Shown here one piece after another: positions 18,684 through 29,502 of a stretch of 64,000 nucleotides of DNA (the first letter of the stretch is position 1; each line of letters opens with the position of its first letter). The position numbers and the translations under genes were made by a program. The notes beneath the pieces were generated by a model. That model had not been told where the DNA came from and did not search any database. It saw only the letters and a program-made list of their open reading frames with translations. This stretch comes from Crocinitomicaceae bacterium (GTDB lineage Bacteria; Bacteroidota; Bacteroidia; Flavobacteriales_D; Crocinitomicaceae), in assembly GCA_044233745.1 (NCBI GenBank), contig JBIIJN010000005.1:223-64222 (forward strand), in the 5' to 3' direction.

Positions 18684-20810
18684 TCAAACGTTGTTGGCGA
18701 TGATATATTTTAAGATTTTTTCAATCAAATGCACGCGGTCTTTTCCCGTTACATTGTGTTTGTGGGTTGGATATTCAAAGAAATCGACTTGTTTGCCTTT
18801 TTCAATAAATGCTTTCAGCAGCGATTGGCTGTGTTGAGGCACCACTACATCGTCAATTCCACCATGAATGATGAGCAATTTGCCCTTTAGATTTCCCGCT
18901 TTATTGAGCAAACTGGCTTGCTCATAGCCATCAGGGTTTTCGTCGGGTGTGTCCATGTAGCGCTCTCCATACATCACTTCGTAATATTTCCAATCGGTTA
19001 CCGGGCCACCTGCAACTCCTGTGGTGAACACGCCCGGCTGACGGAGCATCAAAGAAATGGTCATAAAACCACCAAAACTCCAGCCGTGTACAGCCAATCT
19101 ACTCGCATCCACGAAGGGAAGTGTTTTCAGATAATCTACCCCAACCATTTGGTCTTCAATTTCCAAAGTACCCAATTGGCGATGTACTTGGCTTTCAAAA
19201 TCAAAGCTGCGATGCGCAGAGCCACGGTTGTCGAGCGTAAAGACCAAATAGCCTTGCTCTGCCATCCAATACATCCACAAATTGGCGCCATACAACCACG
19301 AGTTTGTAATCATCTGAGCGTGTGGACCTCCGTAAACATAAACCATCACAGGATATTTTTTATTGGGATCGAAATTGGAAGGTTTGATTAATCTTGTGTA
19401 CAAATCGCTACCATCTTGTGCTTTCAATTTCTGGATTTCTGCCGAACCGATTTTGTATTCATTTAGTTTTTCTTCGGCTTTTACCAAGGTGCTTAAGCTG
19501 CGACCTTTTATGTCCATGATTTTGGCCAAATTGGGTACCGTTCCAGATGAAAATTGGTGGTAGATCAACATGTCGTTTGGACTCATCAGGGCTTGGTGTG
19601 TGCCCGATTCTTTGGTGAGTTCAGTTTGAATTTTAGTTCTCAAATCCACTTGAAACAACTTGGTGTCGAGTGGAGAAGCGCCTGTTCCCATGAAATAAAC
19701 CAAACGTCCATTTCTAGAAACACCTTCAAAAGACAAGGCTTCCCATTTGTTGAAAGTCAATTGTTCTTTAGCGCCATCTAAATTGCATAAGTACAGATTG
19801 GTGTTGCCCGATTGTTCACTCATCCAAATGAATTGGGTGCTGTTGATGAAATAAGCCGGATGCTCTGGCTCCACGTAGCGCGCATTTTGTTCTTCAAACA
19901 AGGTTTTCACGAATGCACCTGTTTGCGCGTCGTATTGATGCAAGCGCATGTTTTGCTGATTTCTTGTAATTTCGGCAATCAAAACAAATTTTTCATCTGC
20001 GCTCCAAGAAACATTGGTTAAATAATCGTGCTTTTCTCCTCGAGGCTCGATGAATACGGTTTTTCCTGTATTCAAATTGTAAATGCCCACTTTGGGTTTT
20101 TCACTTGCCAAGCCCGCCATTGGGTATTTAATTAGCTTGGAGATGCCCGGTGTTTGTGTGATATCCAACAAAGGATAGCTTTTCACCTCTGTTTCATCTT
20201 TTTGATAGAAGGCTAAAAATGTCCCATTAGTCGACCAAAAAATGCCGTTTGTTATACCAAATTCGCTGCGTGCAATGGCCTGACCAGACACGATGTTCTC
20301 ATCTTTATCAGCAGTTACTGCACTTTCTTTATTGTCGCGGAAAACATACAAATTGTTTTGTCGGGTGTAGGCTACAGCATTGGCTTTTTCTGAATAATCG
20401 TCGTTTTCAAATTCAATCTCTTTATTGATTTCTAGGATTTTTTTTCCTGTTTTTTTTCTGAAATCGTAGAGGAAATATTGTGTGCCATTGCTCAAGAAAA
20501 ATTCAGAATTGTTGTTCCATTGCATACCCGAAAACCAGCGCAAATCTGTTCCAAGCGTTTTATTCACATCTGCAATGTCTAGTTCGGTAGTCTTTTTTTT
20601 CTTGGAATCATAAATTACCAATGTGCTGAATCCTTTGATGTAAGAATAATCGGATGAATTGGGTATCCATTGAAAATTGAATATATAATCGGGGCGGAAT
20701 TTGCGGTATTGTTCCATCACTGCATCCGCAAGCGTGAGTTCTTTTTGGGCAAAGCCACTTGGTACAGCAAGGATTAAGAAAAAAGTATAAAACAGGATTA
20801 ATTTTTTCAT
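18684..20810 (-). CDS. dipeptidyl-peptidase IV (S9B prolyl oligopeptidase family)
   Basis: ATG at 20810 gives the signal peptide MKKLILFYTFF. There is a propeller-like N-terminal domain, and the catalytic domain carries the nucleophile GWSFGG. Confidence 0.85.
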   Translation of the reverse strand: MKKLILFYTFFLILAVPSGFAQKELTLADAVMEQYRKFRPDYIFNFQWIPNSSDYSYIKGFSTLVIYDSKKKKTTELDIADVNKTLGTDLRWFSGMQWNNNSEFFLSNGTQYFLYDFRKKTGKKILEINKEIEFENDDYSEKANAVAYTRQNNLYVFRDNKESAVTADKDENIVSGQAIARSEFGITNGIFWSTNGTFLAFYQKDETEVKSYPLLDITQTPGISKLIKYPMAGLASEKPKVGIYNLNTGKTVFIEPRGEKHDYLTNVSWSADEKFVLIAEITRNQQNMRLHQYDAQTGAFVKTLFEEQNARYVEPEHPAYFINSTQFIWMSEQSGNTNLYLCNLDGAKEQLTFNKWEALSFEGVSRNGRLVYFMGTGASPLDTKLFQVDLRTKIQTELTKESGTHQALMSPNDMLIYHQFSSGTVPNLAKIMDIKGRSLSTLVKAEEKLNEYKIGSAEIQKLKAQDGSDLYTRLIKPSNFDPNKKYPVMVYVYGGPHAQMITNSWLYGANLWMYWMAEQGYLVFTLDNRGSAHRSFDFESQVHRQLGTLEIEDQMVGVDYLKTLPFVDASRLAVHGWSFGGFMTISLMLRQPGVFTTGVAGGPVTDWKYYEVMYGERYMDTPDENPDGYEQASLLNKAGNLKGKLLIIHGGIDDVVVPQHSQSLLKAFIEKGKQVDFFEYPTHKHNVTGKDRVHLIEKILKYIIANNV

Positions 20811-21006
20811 TGCATTGAATTTTTCTGGGCTCAAAGATAAGCGTAGTTATTGAAAATTCGAAGTCGAAATTCAACAGCCTGCGGCGCTTAGTTCTGATTC
20901 TACAGATAATCAGGGTAAAATCTTATTTGAAAAATGTTTTTCTAACTTTAAATTAATCATCAAACGCTTCATTTATTTCCTAGTTTTGCTCCGAGATATT
21001 TACATT

Positions 21007-22890
21007 ATGAAGAAGAAATTGTCATTTTTTGAAAAGCTGAGATATTACTTTGAAAACGAGTTGTCAAAAGGTCCCACATCATTAATCAAGTGGTTGGCTA
21101 TTGTGTCGATTCTTGTGGTATTTATTTTGGGGATATGCATCGAGATTTTCGGGTTAAACGATTTTGTTGAAGGATCGTGGCAATCGCTTATGGCGGTTAT
21201 CGACCCAGGCTATATCGGTGGTGCCGAACATTGGGGTGATCGAATCATATTGATGTTGGCAACGATCGTCGGTATTTTTATTTTCTCCATTTTAATTGCC
21301 ACAATAAGTGCCGCAATCGATGGTATTATTGAGAATTTGCGCAAGGGGAAATCCAATGTTTTGGAATCCAATCACACCCTCATTTTGGGCTGGTCAGATA
21401 AGATTTTCACCATCATCTCAGAATTGGTCATAGCCAATGAAAATCAGCATAAACCAAGTATTGTGATTTTGGCCGATCGCGATAAAATGGAAATGGACGA
21501 CGAAATCAAAGCGAAAGTGGACGATTTCAAAAACACCAGAGTTGTAATTCGCAGCGGTTCACCACTCGATTCAAGTGCTGTAAATGTTGTAAATCCGAAT
21601 GAAGCACGTTCCATTATTGTGTTGTCACCAGAAGATGTTACCAATCCAGATACGCATGTTATCAAATCTGTTTTGGCACTCACAAACGGAAAAAATAGAA
21701 AAAAAGAACCCTACCATATTGTTGCTGAAATCAAAGACTTGGTTAATTTGGAAGCGGCAGAATTGGTTGGGAATAATGAAACAATTTATGTGTTTTCTAG
21801 CGATTTGATATCTAGAATCACCGCTCAAACGTGTCGTCAATCTGGCTTGAGTGTTGTTTATTCCGATTTGTTGCAATTTGATGGTGATGAACTGTATTTC
21901 AGACAAGAACCCAAAATGTATGGTAAAACATTCAAGGATGCCATTTTTGCTTATGAAACATCTTCGATTATCGGCATTTTTACGCATCATGAAAAAGTGC
22001 TCATCAACCCAACTATGGATACGATTATTCAACAGGGCGATCAACTGATTGCGCTTTCAGAAGACGATGATACCATTGTGCTCTCTAACAAAACGAACTA
22101 TCAAATTCAGGACGAGCACATTCAACACGTGGACAGTGAAGAAGTTAAAAAGGAAAAAACATTGGTGCTGGGATGGAATTCGAGAGGGCACAGAATTCTC
22201 GAGGAATTGGACCATTATGTTCAACCAGGATCGGAAGTGATGATTTTAGCAGAGGGAGATGAAATTGAAGAAGCGTTTGAACCCTTGATGGCTACCCTGA
22301 AAAACAACTCTTTAAAATGGGAAAAGGGCAGTATCATCGACAGAAGTTTGTTGGATGCCATTCAGCCTGAAAAGTATGATTACATCATTGTGTTGAGCTA
22401 CACACACGACGAAAACATACAAGAAAGTGATGCCAGAACACTGATTTGTTTGTTACACCTGCGCAACATCAGCGAAAAGCACAATAAAGATTTTAGCATA
22501 GTTTCAGAGATGCTAGATATTAAAAACCGTGAATTGGGTATTGTAGCCAAAGCCGACGATTTCATTGTAAGCGATAATTTGATTAGCTTAATGTTGACAC
22601 AAATGTCTGAAAACAAGGAACTAAAGAAAGTTTATGATGTTCTTTTTGAGGCCGACGGTTCAGAGATTTATTTGAAACCTGTATCGCGCTACGTGCAACC
22701 GAATGTACCAGTGAATTTATATACCCTAGCAGAGAGCGCAGCGCAACTGAATGAAGTGTTTATTGGTTACAGAATTGTTGCTCATAGCCAAAGTCAAAGC
22801 AACGGATTTGGGGTGAAAATGAATTCAAACAAATCGGAAATTGTTACGTTTGCTGAGGATGATATGATTCTGGTTTTATCTGAGGATTAG
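21007..22890 (+). CDS. CASTOR/POLLUX-type putative ion channel with two RCK-like domains
   Basis: ATG at 21007 (the track start is TTG). N-terminal TM helices are followed by two RCK/TrkA-N-like modules (LILGWSDK..., LVLGWNSRGH...). Confidence 0.65.
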   Translation: MKKKLSFFEKLRYYFENELSKGPTSLIKWLAIVSILVVFILGICIEIFGLNDFVEGSWQSLMAVIDPGYIGGAEHWGDRIILMLATIVGIFIFSILIATISAAIDGIIENLRKGKSNVLESNHTLILGWSDKIFTIISELVIANENQHKPSIVILADRDKMEMDDEIKAKVDDFKNTRVVIRSGSPLDSSAVNVVNPNEARSIIVLSPEDVTNPDTHVIKSVLALTNGKNRKKEPYHIVAEIKDLVNLEAAELVGNNETIYVFSSDLISRITAQTCRQSGLSVVYSDLLQFDGDELYFRQEPKMYGKTFKDAIFAYETSSIIGIFTHHEKVLINPTMDTIIQQGDQLIALSEDDDTIVLSNKTNYQIQDEHIQHVDSEEVKKEKTLVLGWNSRGHRILEELDHYVQPGSEVMILAEGDEIEEAFEPLMATLKNNSLKWEKGSIIDRSLLDAIQPEKYDYIIVLSYTHDENIQESDARTLICLLHLRNISEKHNKDFSIVSEMLDIKNRELGIVAKADDFIVSDNLISLMLTQMSENKELKKVYDVLFEADGSEIYLKPVSRYVQPNVPVNLYTLAESAAQLNEVFIGYRIVAHSQSQSNGFGVKMNSNKSEIVTFAEDDMILVLSED

Positions 22891-23061
22891 AAGTTTTTAG
22901 CAATTGGTGTTGCGGTATTCTTTTGTGCTTGTGCAGTGCTCCAAGTAAACACTACATTTCGATTTGATTTGATGATTCCTAAATTGTAAAAATCTTAATT
23001 TCCCTGATTTTCATCAACCATTAGCCGCATTCAACTGTTACCTTTGTATTAAATTTTTCGA

Positions 23062-24078
23062 ATGGTAGCTACGTCCCGTTTTTTTGTTCGCTTGAGTTGG
23101 ATCACCTTGATTTCCATATATTTGGTGATTATCGCCGGAAGTTTTGTGCGCATAACAGGAAGCGGTATGGGCTGCCCAGATTGGCCCAAATGTTTTGGTC
23201 AATGGATTCCTCCTACTGAAATTGGGGAGTTGCCAGAAAATTATAAGGAGATTTATTCAGAAAAGCGCTACAAAAAAGTGTTTCGATTCCAAAATATGTT
23301 GCGCAAAGTGGGTCTGGAAGGCGAAGCCAAAAAAATGGAAGAAAACATGCACCAAATTATGGTGGAAGAAAGCTTCAACGCGCGCAAAACTTGGACGGAA
23401 TACATCAACAGACTTTTTGGCTTTATGGCAGGTAATCTTATGCTACTCAGCTTTGTGATTATTTTGCGAAAATACCGAAAGCGTCGCCTGGTTGTGGTAG
23501 CTACAATCAATATGTTTGTTCTCGTTTTTCAAGCATGGTTTGGTTCTATTGTAGTTGCCACAAATCTTTTGCCTTGGACCATCACGGTGCATTTGTTATT
23601 GGCTTTGGTTATCGTGTTTTTGCAATTGTATGTATTGCGGATGATTGCGCCGTCTCAACAGAGAAACATTGCAGTGTCCAAGACATGGTTTTGGATTATC
23701 TTGAGCATATTCGCCATCACATTCGTGCAAATGTTTTTGGGTACTCAGGTGCGTGAGGAGATCGATTTTCTTAAAAAAAGTGGTGTTGACCGCGCCAATT
23801 GGGGTAATTTGCTTTCGGCAGCATTTCTCATTCACCGCAGTTTTTCTTGGATTGTTCTTATTGTGATGACTTGGATGCTCTACAAAAGCTATAAAATTCG
23901 AGAAATGCGCATTTTTCATTGGGCTTACGGTATTTTGGCCTTGGAACTTGTGAGCGGAGTTTTCTTGAATCACCTCAACATGCCTGCGCTTGTTCAAACA
24001 CTGCACTTATTGCTGGCTTGTATTCTATTCGGAATTTTGGCGCTCTTCACGATGCGCGCGAAAAGCATTGGGGTGTAA
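23062..24078 (+). CDS. ctaA: heme A synthase (COX15/CtaA)
   Basis: Polytopic membrane protein with the N-terminal motif GSGMGCPDWPKCFG. Confidence 0.85.
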   Translation: MVATSRFFVRLSWITLISIYLVIIAGSFVRITGSGMGCPDWPKCFGQWIPPTEIGELPENYKEIYSEKRYKKVFRFQNMLRKVGLEGEAKKMEENMHQIMVEESFNARKTWTEYINRLFGFMAGNLMLLSFVIILRKYRKRRLVVVATINMFVLVFQAWFGSIVVATNLLPWTITVHLLLALVIVFLQLYVLRMIAPSQQRNIAVSKTWFWIILSIFAITFVQMFLGTQVREEIDFLKKSGVDRANWGNLLSAAFLIHRSFSWIVLIVMTWMLYKSYKIREMRIFHWAYGILALELVSGVFLNHLNMPALVQTLHLLLACILFGILALFTMRAKSIGV

Positions 24079-24229
24079 TGATATCTTACATGACATTAAT
24101 TCACAAAAAAATCTATCCTGCATTAATTTTTTAGTGAACTTTGGCAGCCCGAAGTAGGGCACGGCATTTTGTAGTTTTTAAAATGATTATTTAAAAATTT
24201 GCCTGAGTTTATTGGGCCCGTTTTATGAA

Positions 24230-25627
24230 ATGAAGACAACGTACATAGACCTTATTGAACAAACTTTTGATTTTCCTCAAAATGAGTTTAATCTCCGAGA
24301 TGGCAATCTCACTTTCCATGGTATAGATTTAATGAGCTTGATTAAAGAATATGGAACTCCTTTGAAGTTTCATTATTTGCCACAAATAAGCAACAACATC
24401 CAACGGGCTAAAGGTTGGTTCCGTGAAGCCATGACCAATTTGGGTTATTCGGGGAAATATTACTACAGCTATTGCACCAAAAGTTCTCATTTTTCTTTCG
24501 TGGTAGAAGAAGCACTAAAAAACGATGTGCATATTGAAACTTCTTCTGCTTTCGATTTGGATATTGTTCAGAATTTGAAGAACAAAGGCAAATTGGGCGA
24601 TAAATGCTATGTGTTGTGCAATGGCTTCAAATTGCCGAAGTATATTGACAATATTGCCAAGCTGATTGACGAAGGTGAATTGCGTGTTATTCCCATTGTG
24701 GATAATTTTCAGGAGGTTCATGAATTGCTTGAGGCTACAGATAAGGAATTGAATATCGGAATTAGAATTGCTTCTGAGGAAGAACCCAAATTCGAGTTTT
24801 ATACCTCGCGTTTGGGCATTCGTTACCGTGATATTATTCCTTTTTACAACACTTTGGTGAAGGAAAATCCGCGTATCAATGTGAAGATGCTCCATTTCTT
24901 TATCAATACTGGAATTCAGGACACCGCGTATTATTGGAATGAACTGACCAAGTGTTTGCAAATTTACGCTGAGTTGAAAAAGGTTTGTCCAACCCTCGAT
25001 TCTTTGAATATTGGTGGTGGTTTTCCCATCAAAAAGTCTTTGGCTTTTGAATATGATTACGCCTATATGGTGCAAGAAATTTTGCTTCAAATCAAAACGG
25101 TTTGCGAGGAAAATCACATTCCTGAACCTCATATTTTCACTGAATTTGGCTCGTTTACCGTTGGAGAAAGTGGTGGAGCCTTGTTTAAAGTGTTGCACCA
25201 AAAGCAGCAAAACGACCGTGAAAAATGGAACATGATTGATAGTTCATTCATGACCAATCTCCCAGATACGTGGGCCATCAACCAACGCTTTATTATGCTA
25301 CCGGTAAATCGATGGGAAAGCAAATATGAACGTGTTCTTTTAGGTGGATTGACTTGTGATTCAGACGATTACTACAACTCCGAACAGCATTCCAACGCCA
25401 TTTATTTGCCTCAATTCGACCCGAATAATGAACTCTATATTGGGTTTTTCAATACTGGAGCCTACCAAGAAACCATTGGCGGTTTTGGCGGATTGAAACA
25501 TTGCCTGATTCCTGAACCTAAGCACATTATTATTTCTCGCAACGAAGAAGGTCGCCTTGAAACACGTGTGTTTTCCGATGAGCAAAACGCTTCGGATTTC
25601 ATGAATTTATTGGGTTATTACAGATAG
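24230..25627 (+). CDS. speA: PLP-dependent (fold III) decarboxylase, arginine decarboxylase-like
   Basis: ATG at 24230 (the track start is TTG). The ~465-aa length and Orn/DAP/Arg decarboxylase pattern match Bacteroidota arginine decarboxylases. Confidence 0.7.
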   Translation: MKTTYIDLIEQTFDFPQNEFNLRDGNLTFHGIDLMSLIKEYGTPLKFHYLPQISNNIQRAKGWFREAMTNLGYSGKYYYSYCTKSSHFSFVVEEALKNDVHIETSSAFDLDIVQNLKNKGKLGDKCYVLCNGFKLPKYIDNIAKLIDEGELRVIPIVDNFQEVHELLEATDKELNIGIRIASEEEPKFEFYTSRLGIRYRDIIPFYNTLVKENPRINVKMLHFFINTGIQDTAYYWNELTKCLQIYAELKKVCPTLDSLNIGGGFPIKKSLAFEYDYAYMVQEILLQIKTVCEENHIPEPHIFTEFGSFTVGESGGALFKVLHQKQQNDREKWNMIDSSFMTNLPDTWAINQRFIMLPVNRWESKYERVLLGGLTCDSDDYYNSEQHSNAIYLPQFDPNNELYIGFFNTGAYQETIGGFGGLKHCLIPEPKHIIISRNEEGRLETRVFSDEQNASDFMNLLGYYR

Positions 25628-25748
25628 AATAATAACCATTCCTCTGGACTTATCCAAGAGCTTATATTGTGAGGAATAAAACCACTTGCTTTTCAATTGC
25701 TTATAACTTGAGCTCGAATTGTTAATCGAATTCAGGTTTAAACGCATC

Positions 25749-25788
25749 AAAAAAAAACAGTCCACTGTTTTCACAATGGACCGTTTTT
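25749..25788. terminator. bidirectional intrinsic terminator between convergent genes
   Basis: Hairpin (GTCCA ... TGGAC) flanked by an A9 run on one side and a T5 run on the other, so it is T-tailed on both strands. Confidence 0.5.
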
Positions 25789-25811
25789 AAAATGGGGTAA
25801 TTTGAGATAAT

Positions 25812-28800
25812 CTATTTTAGGATTTCTATTTTTCTAACTAGAATTCCGTTTGCTGTTCTTAAAACTACTGAGTAAAGCCCTGAATTTAGGTGACTCAAAT
25901 CCATATGCACCTCAACGTCGCTCGTAGAAATTTGCGCTACTGTCCTGCCTATGGCATCCACAATTGTTATGGATTCTAAAGCATGGTTATCGAGTTGAAT
26001 AATGAATTTACCTTGATTCGGATTTGGGAAAATCAGGATATTGTTCAATTCTAAATCTTCATTGGAAAGCACATTGAAGGTTCCAGAAACCGCTCTACAA
26101 CCAAATGAATTGGTCACTTCAACCGTGTAATTGCCTTGATTCGTGATAGTCAAGTTGGCTCCAGTTCCAATTTGATTTCCATTCAAGAACCAAGTGGCTG
26201 ATTCTCCAAGCTGTAAGAAAACACTCAGCACATTGCCATTTTGTGTGATGGTTGGAGTGCTTGGAGCCGGATTTACAACAACCAAGTTGCTTTGCGTACT
26301 TGTGTTGGTTCCGTTGGCATTGCTTACTGAAAGAGTCACACTGTATGTGCCGGGGTTGTTGTATGCGATGATAGGATTCGCTGAGCTTGATGTGCCAGGG
26401 TTTCCTCCAGGGAACGTCCAAGTTCTTGATGTAATATCAGGAGCAGATTGGTCGTTAAACTGAACGGATTCTCCTGCACAAATCGTTGTGTTTGCTGCGC
26501 TGAAATTAGCGGTGGGTAATCCCTCGCCTGGCACGCCATCGATGTTGATGTTGTCCAAAAACAAGTTGTTGCCCAATGTTCCAGCATTAAATCCTTCAAA
26601 CATCACAACGATGTTTTGACCCACAAATGGCGTTAGATCAATTTCATAACAACTCGCCCCGGGTGTTTGTGGACTAATTGGCTCGAAACACCAATCTACT
26701 GCTTGTGCTGGCGTAAAGGGATTTGCGCTTGTTACTTGAGTTGCAAAAGAACCAGTGCCATTTTCAGCGACTTGAAAAACACGGGTCCAAGAATCGCCAC
26801 AATTAGTTGATACATATATGATTAATGAGTCAGTTGCCGATTGATTGAATCGTCTATACGCATGGTCGAAAGTCAATTCTGCACTTGTATAACCATTCAA
26901 ACTGATCACGGGCGAAATCAAACCATCGCGCTGACCCGCTTGTGCATAGTTGAAAAAGTCCAATTTCATGGCTTGATTGCCCGGACTAATTCCACCAACT
27001 GTTGCGGCTGCCCAAGTGATATCGCTGTCTGGATTTAAAATTTTCCATGACCCGTTGCTGATCACATTCGTTTCAAAAGTTTCAACAAATGGCAAGGTTG
27101 CAGGAGTGCCGTTTACTGCAAATGACGATGTGTTGCTGTCATTGCTTGGGTTATTGTCGGCTTCACCGTTTGGATTGGACGTAGAAGCGGTGAAATTGGC
27201 AATTCCATCTGCGCTTGTGATAATTGGCAAAGTGACGTCAATGGTTTGTCCGCTCGCCAAGTTTCCTGTCCAATTGAATTGTTGCGCCGCACCACCATTG
27301 ATAGAATAATTAATCGTTGTGCTGGTCAAAGGATTTAGACCAAAATTTCTCAATCGAACTATTGGAGCAATGTTTGAACTGCATGTAAACAAGGTTGGCG
27401 ATAGCAATTCTGTAATTCCTGCATCGTCAAAATTGTCTTGTGGAATGATACAGAATGGGTGCGTAGTGCTGCTCCCGAAATTAGCATTTGGAGCAGTCAT
27501 TGTGAAAATATTGGTGCCGCTTTCATATTGCATGAAGTAATTTCCATTCACACTGCAACTTTGGTACTGGCTGCCATACATACCATCGCCATAACTGTCA
27601 GAAATGGTGAAGGTGTAACAACCTGTAGGCAAACAGAATGTGTGGATTTGTTGTGCAAGTGGCGTATTGTCTGTATAAGGACCACCCGAAGCCACTTCTT
27701 GTCCATTGTCGTCGTCTGTAACTTGCCAAGTAGTTTCTGAGCCCCAACAATCTGTAATAACAGTTAGGGTGACTTGTTGACCGTTGTTATCTACGAGAAT
27801 ATTTTTGGAACTTGAATCATTGGTTGGGTTTTGATCAGTAACAGCGTTGGGCATTGTGGTAAATGCTTCAAAAGTATAGGCACCATTGGGAATTGTAATT
27901 TGAGGCAAGGTTACGTTTACATTGTTTCCTGATGCCAAATTCCCAGTCCAATTGAATGTTTGATTTGCACCACCCCAATTGAAGTTGATTACACAAGATG
28001 TTAAATTTTGAGAACCATAATTTTGAAGTGTGAATATGGGGGTTATTGTTCCATTACACAAGGTTGATCCAGGGTTGATAATATCTGTGATTGCGGCATC
28101 ATGTTGTGCTGCAAACTGAGCAGCACATATCATGGAATTGTAAGCGTTTATTCTTCCTGCGCCCAATTGTCCAATAAAACTTGGATTGGCACTATTGATA
28201 TTGTCAGCGCCTGAATATAAGCAGTTGATTAGAGCAGTATTGGTTGCACTAGGAGCTGTGGAACGCATCAAACCTAATAAACCTGCAACATGTGGAGAAG
28301 CCATTGATGTACCTGAAATTGAGTTGTATGCAGATGAACTGGTAGCATAAGTGCTTCTGATGTTTGAACCTGGAGCGGCTATATCAATCCAAGTGCCGTA
28401 TTGCGAAAAACTTGATCTTGCATCTGTTGGAGTTGTAGAAGCCACTGCGATCACATTGTTGTAACCTGCTGGATAAAACACCGTGGATTCGTTATTGTTT
28501 CCAGCTGCTGCAACAAGAATAGTTCCAGCGTCCCAAGCATAAGTACAAACATTTTGACCGTAGGTGCTAAACCCACCGCCCCCCCAAGACATATTTACCA
28601 CATCAGCTTCATTATCAGCTGCATAAATGATTCCCTCATAGCCATGAGTCAACTGGTTGTTGCAATTTCCAATTTTTATCGGCATTACACGCACATTGTA
28701 ACCTATCGATGACACACCAATTCCATTATTGGTTTGAGCACCAACCGTGCCTGCCACGTGTGTACCGTGATTTCCTGCGTTGGTGCCACATGGCGCTGGA

Positions 28801-29390
28801 TTGTTGCCCTGAGTAACGGCATCATAGGGATTGGTAAATTTATTAATCAAATCTACATGATCCATTCTGAATGCGTCGTCGGTTACAGCAACGATAACAT
28901 TCGCGCTTCCGGTGCCAATATCCCATGCTTGTTGCGCCTGAATTTTGTGTAGCGACCATTGGTTGTTGCTTGGACTTGTGCCCGCAGTGTTGCTATTGAT
29001 AGGTCCTAAATCATTGGGCGTAAGAAAAGTTCTGTGCAATTCTTTCAATTCAGCGTATTCAACAGACGGATGTCTTTTCAGTTTCTTGATGAGGTCATCT
29101 ACCTGATAAATATTTTGCAACTGAATTTGGTAAGTCCTGTTCAATTTCTGGTCCTTAATATCCGGGTGAAGTCGCAAAACTTCAACGATTTGAAACTCTG
29201 AAATGAATCTGAACAAGGATTCGTTTTTGAAATCAACAACCCGGCTTTTGTCGTTGATGGTATTGATGACTTTCACATTTTCTTTCAACTGAAAAACGAC
29301 TAAACCGTCTTGGAAGTCGTAGTGTACGCTTTGAGCAAAAAGAGTGAAGAACAAACAGCTGCTTAGCAGCGAGAGTAGCATTTTTTTCAT
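25812..29390 (-). CDS. S8 subtilisin-family peptidase with CARDB-like repeats, PKD domain and T9SS sorting domain
   Basis: Catalytic triad contexts VAVTDDAF, HGTHVAGT and GTSMASPHVAG. Two paralogous ~100-aa repeats contain FNWTGNLASG. A PKD-like segment is present. The C-terminal FPNPNQGKFII...IEILK is a T9SS sorting domain. Confidence 0.9.
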   Translation of the reverse strand: MKKMLLSLLSSCLFFTLFAQSVHYDFQDGLVVFQLKENVKVINTINDKSRVVDFKNESLFRFISEFQIVEVLRLHPDIKDQKLNRTYQIQLQNIYQVDDLIKKLKRHPSVEYAELKELHRTFLTPNDLGPINSNTAGTSPSNNQWSLHKIQAQQAWDIGTGSANVIVAVTDDAFRMDHVDLINKFTNPYDAVTQGNNPAPCGTNAGNHGTHVAGTVGAQTNNGIGVSSIGYNVRVMPIKIGNCNNQLTHGYEGIIYAADNEADVVNMSWGGGGFSTYGQNVCTYAWDAGTILVAAAGNNNESTVFYPAGYNNVIAVASTTPTDARSSFSQYGTWIDIAAPGSNIRSTYATSSSAYNSISGTSMASPHVAGLLGLMRSTAPSATNTALINCLYSGADNINSANPSFIGQLGAGRINAYNSMICAAQFAAQHDAAITDIINPGSTLCNGTITPIFTLQNYGSQNLTSCVINFNWGGANQTFNWTGNLASGNNVNVTLPQITIPNGAYTFEAFTTMPNAVTDQNPTNDSSSKNILVDNNGQQVTLTVITDCWGSETTWQVTDDDNGQEVASGGPYTDNTPLAQQIHTFCLPTGCYTFTISDSYGDGMYGSQYQSCSVNGNYFMQYESGTNIFTMTAPNANFGSSTTHPFCIIPQDNFDDAGITELLSPTLFTCSSNIAPIVRLRNFGLNPLTSTTINYSINGGAAQQFNWTGNLASGQTIDVTLPIITSADGIANFTASTSNPNGEADNNPSNDSNTSSFAVNGTPATLPFVETFETNVISNGSWKILNPDSDITWAAATVGGISPGNQAMKLDFFNYAQAGQRDGLISPVISLNGYTSAELTFDHAYRRFNQSATDSLIIYVSTNCGDSWTRVFQVAENGTGSFATQVTSANPFTPAQAVDWCFEPISPQTPGASCYEIDLTPFVGQNIVVMFEGFNAGTLGNNLFLDNINIDGVPGEGLPTANFSAANTTICAGESVQFNDQSAPDITSRTWTFPGGNPGTSSSANPIIAYNNPGTYSVTLSVSNANGTNTSTQSNLVVVNPAPSTPTITQNGNVLSVFLQLGESATWFLNGNQIGTGANLTITNQGNYTVEVTNSFGCRAVSGTFNVLSNEDLELNNILIFPNPNQGKFIIQLDNHALESITIVDAIGRTVAQISTSDVEVHMDLSHLNSGLYSVVLRTANGILVRKIEILK

Positions 29391-29502
29391 GATAAACTGG
29401 TTTTATATAACGTCTTAGCGGCGTAAATTTCAATAAAAAATCTGAATTAAAAAAATTATGAATCAAATTCACAACAATAAATCCAATGAATTGGTTCGCT
29501 CA

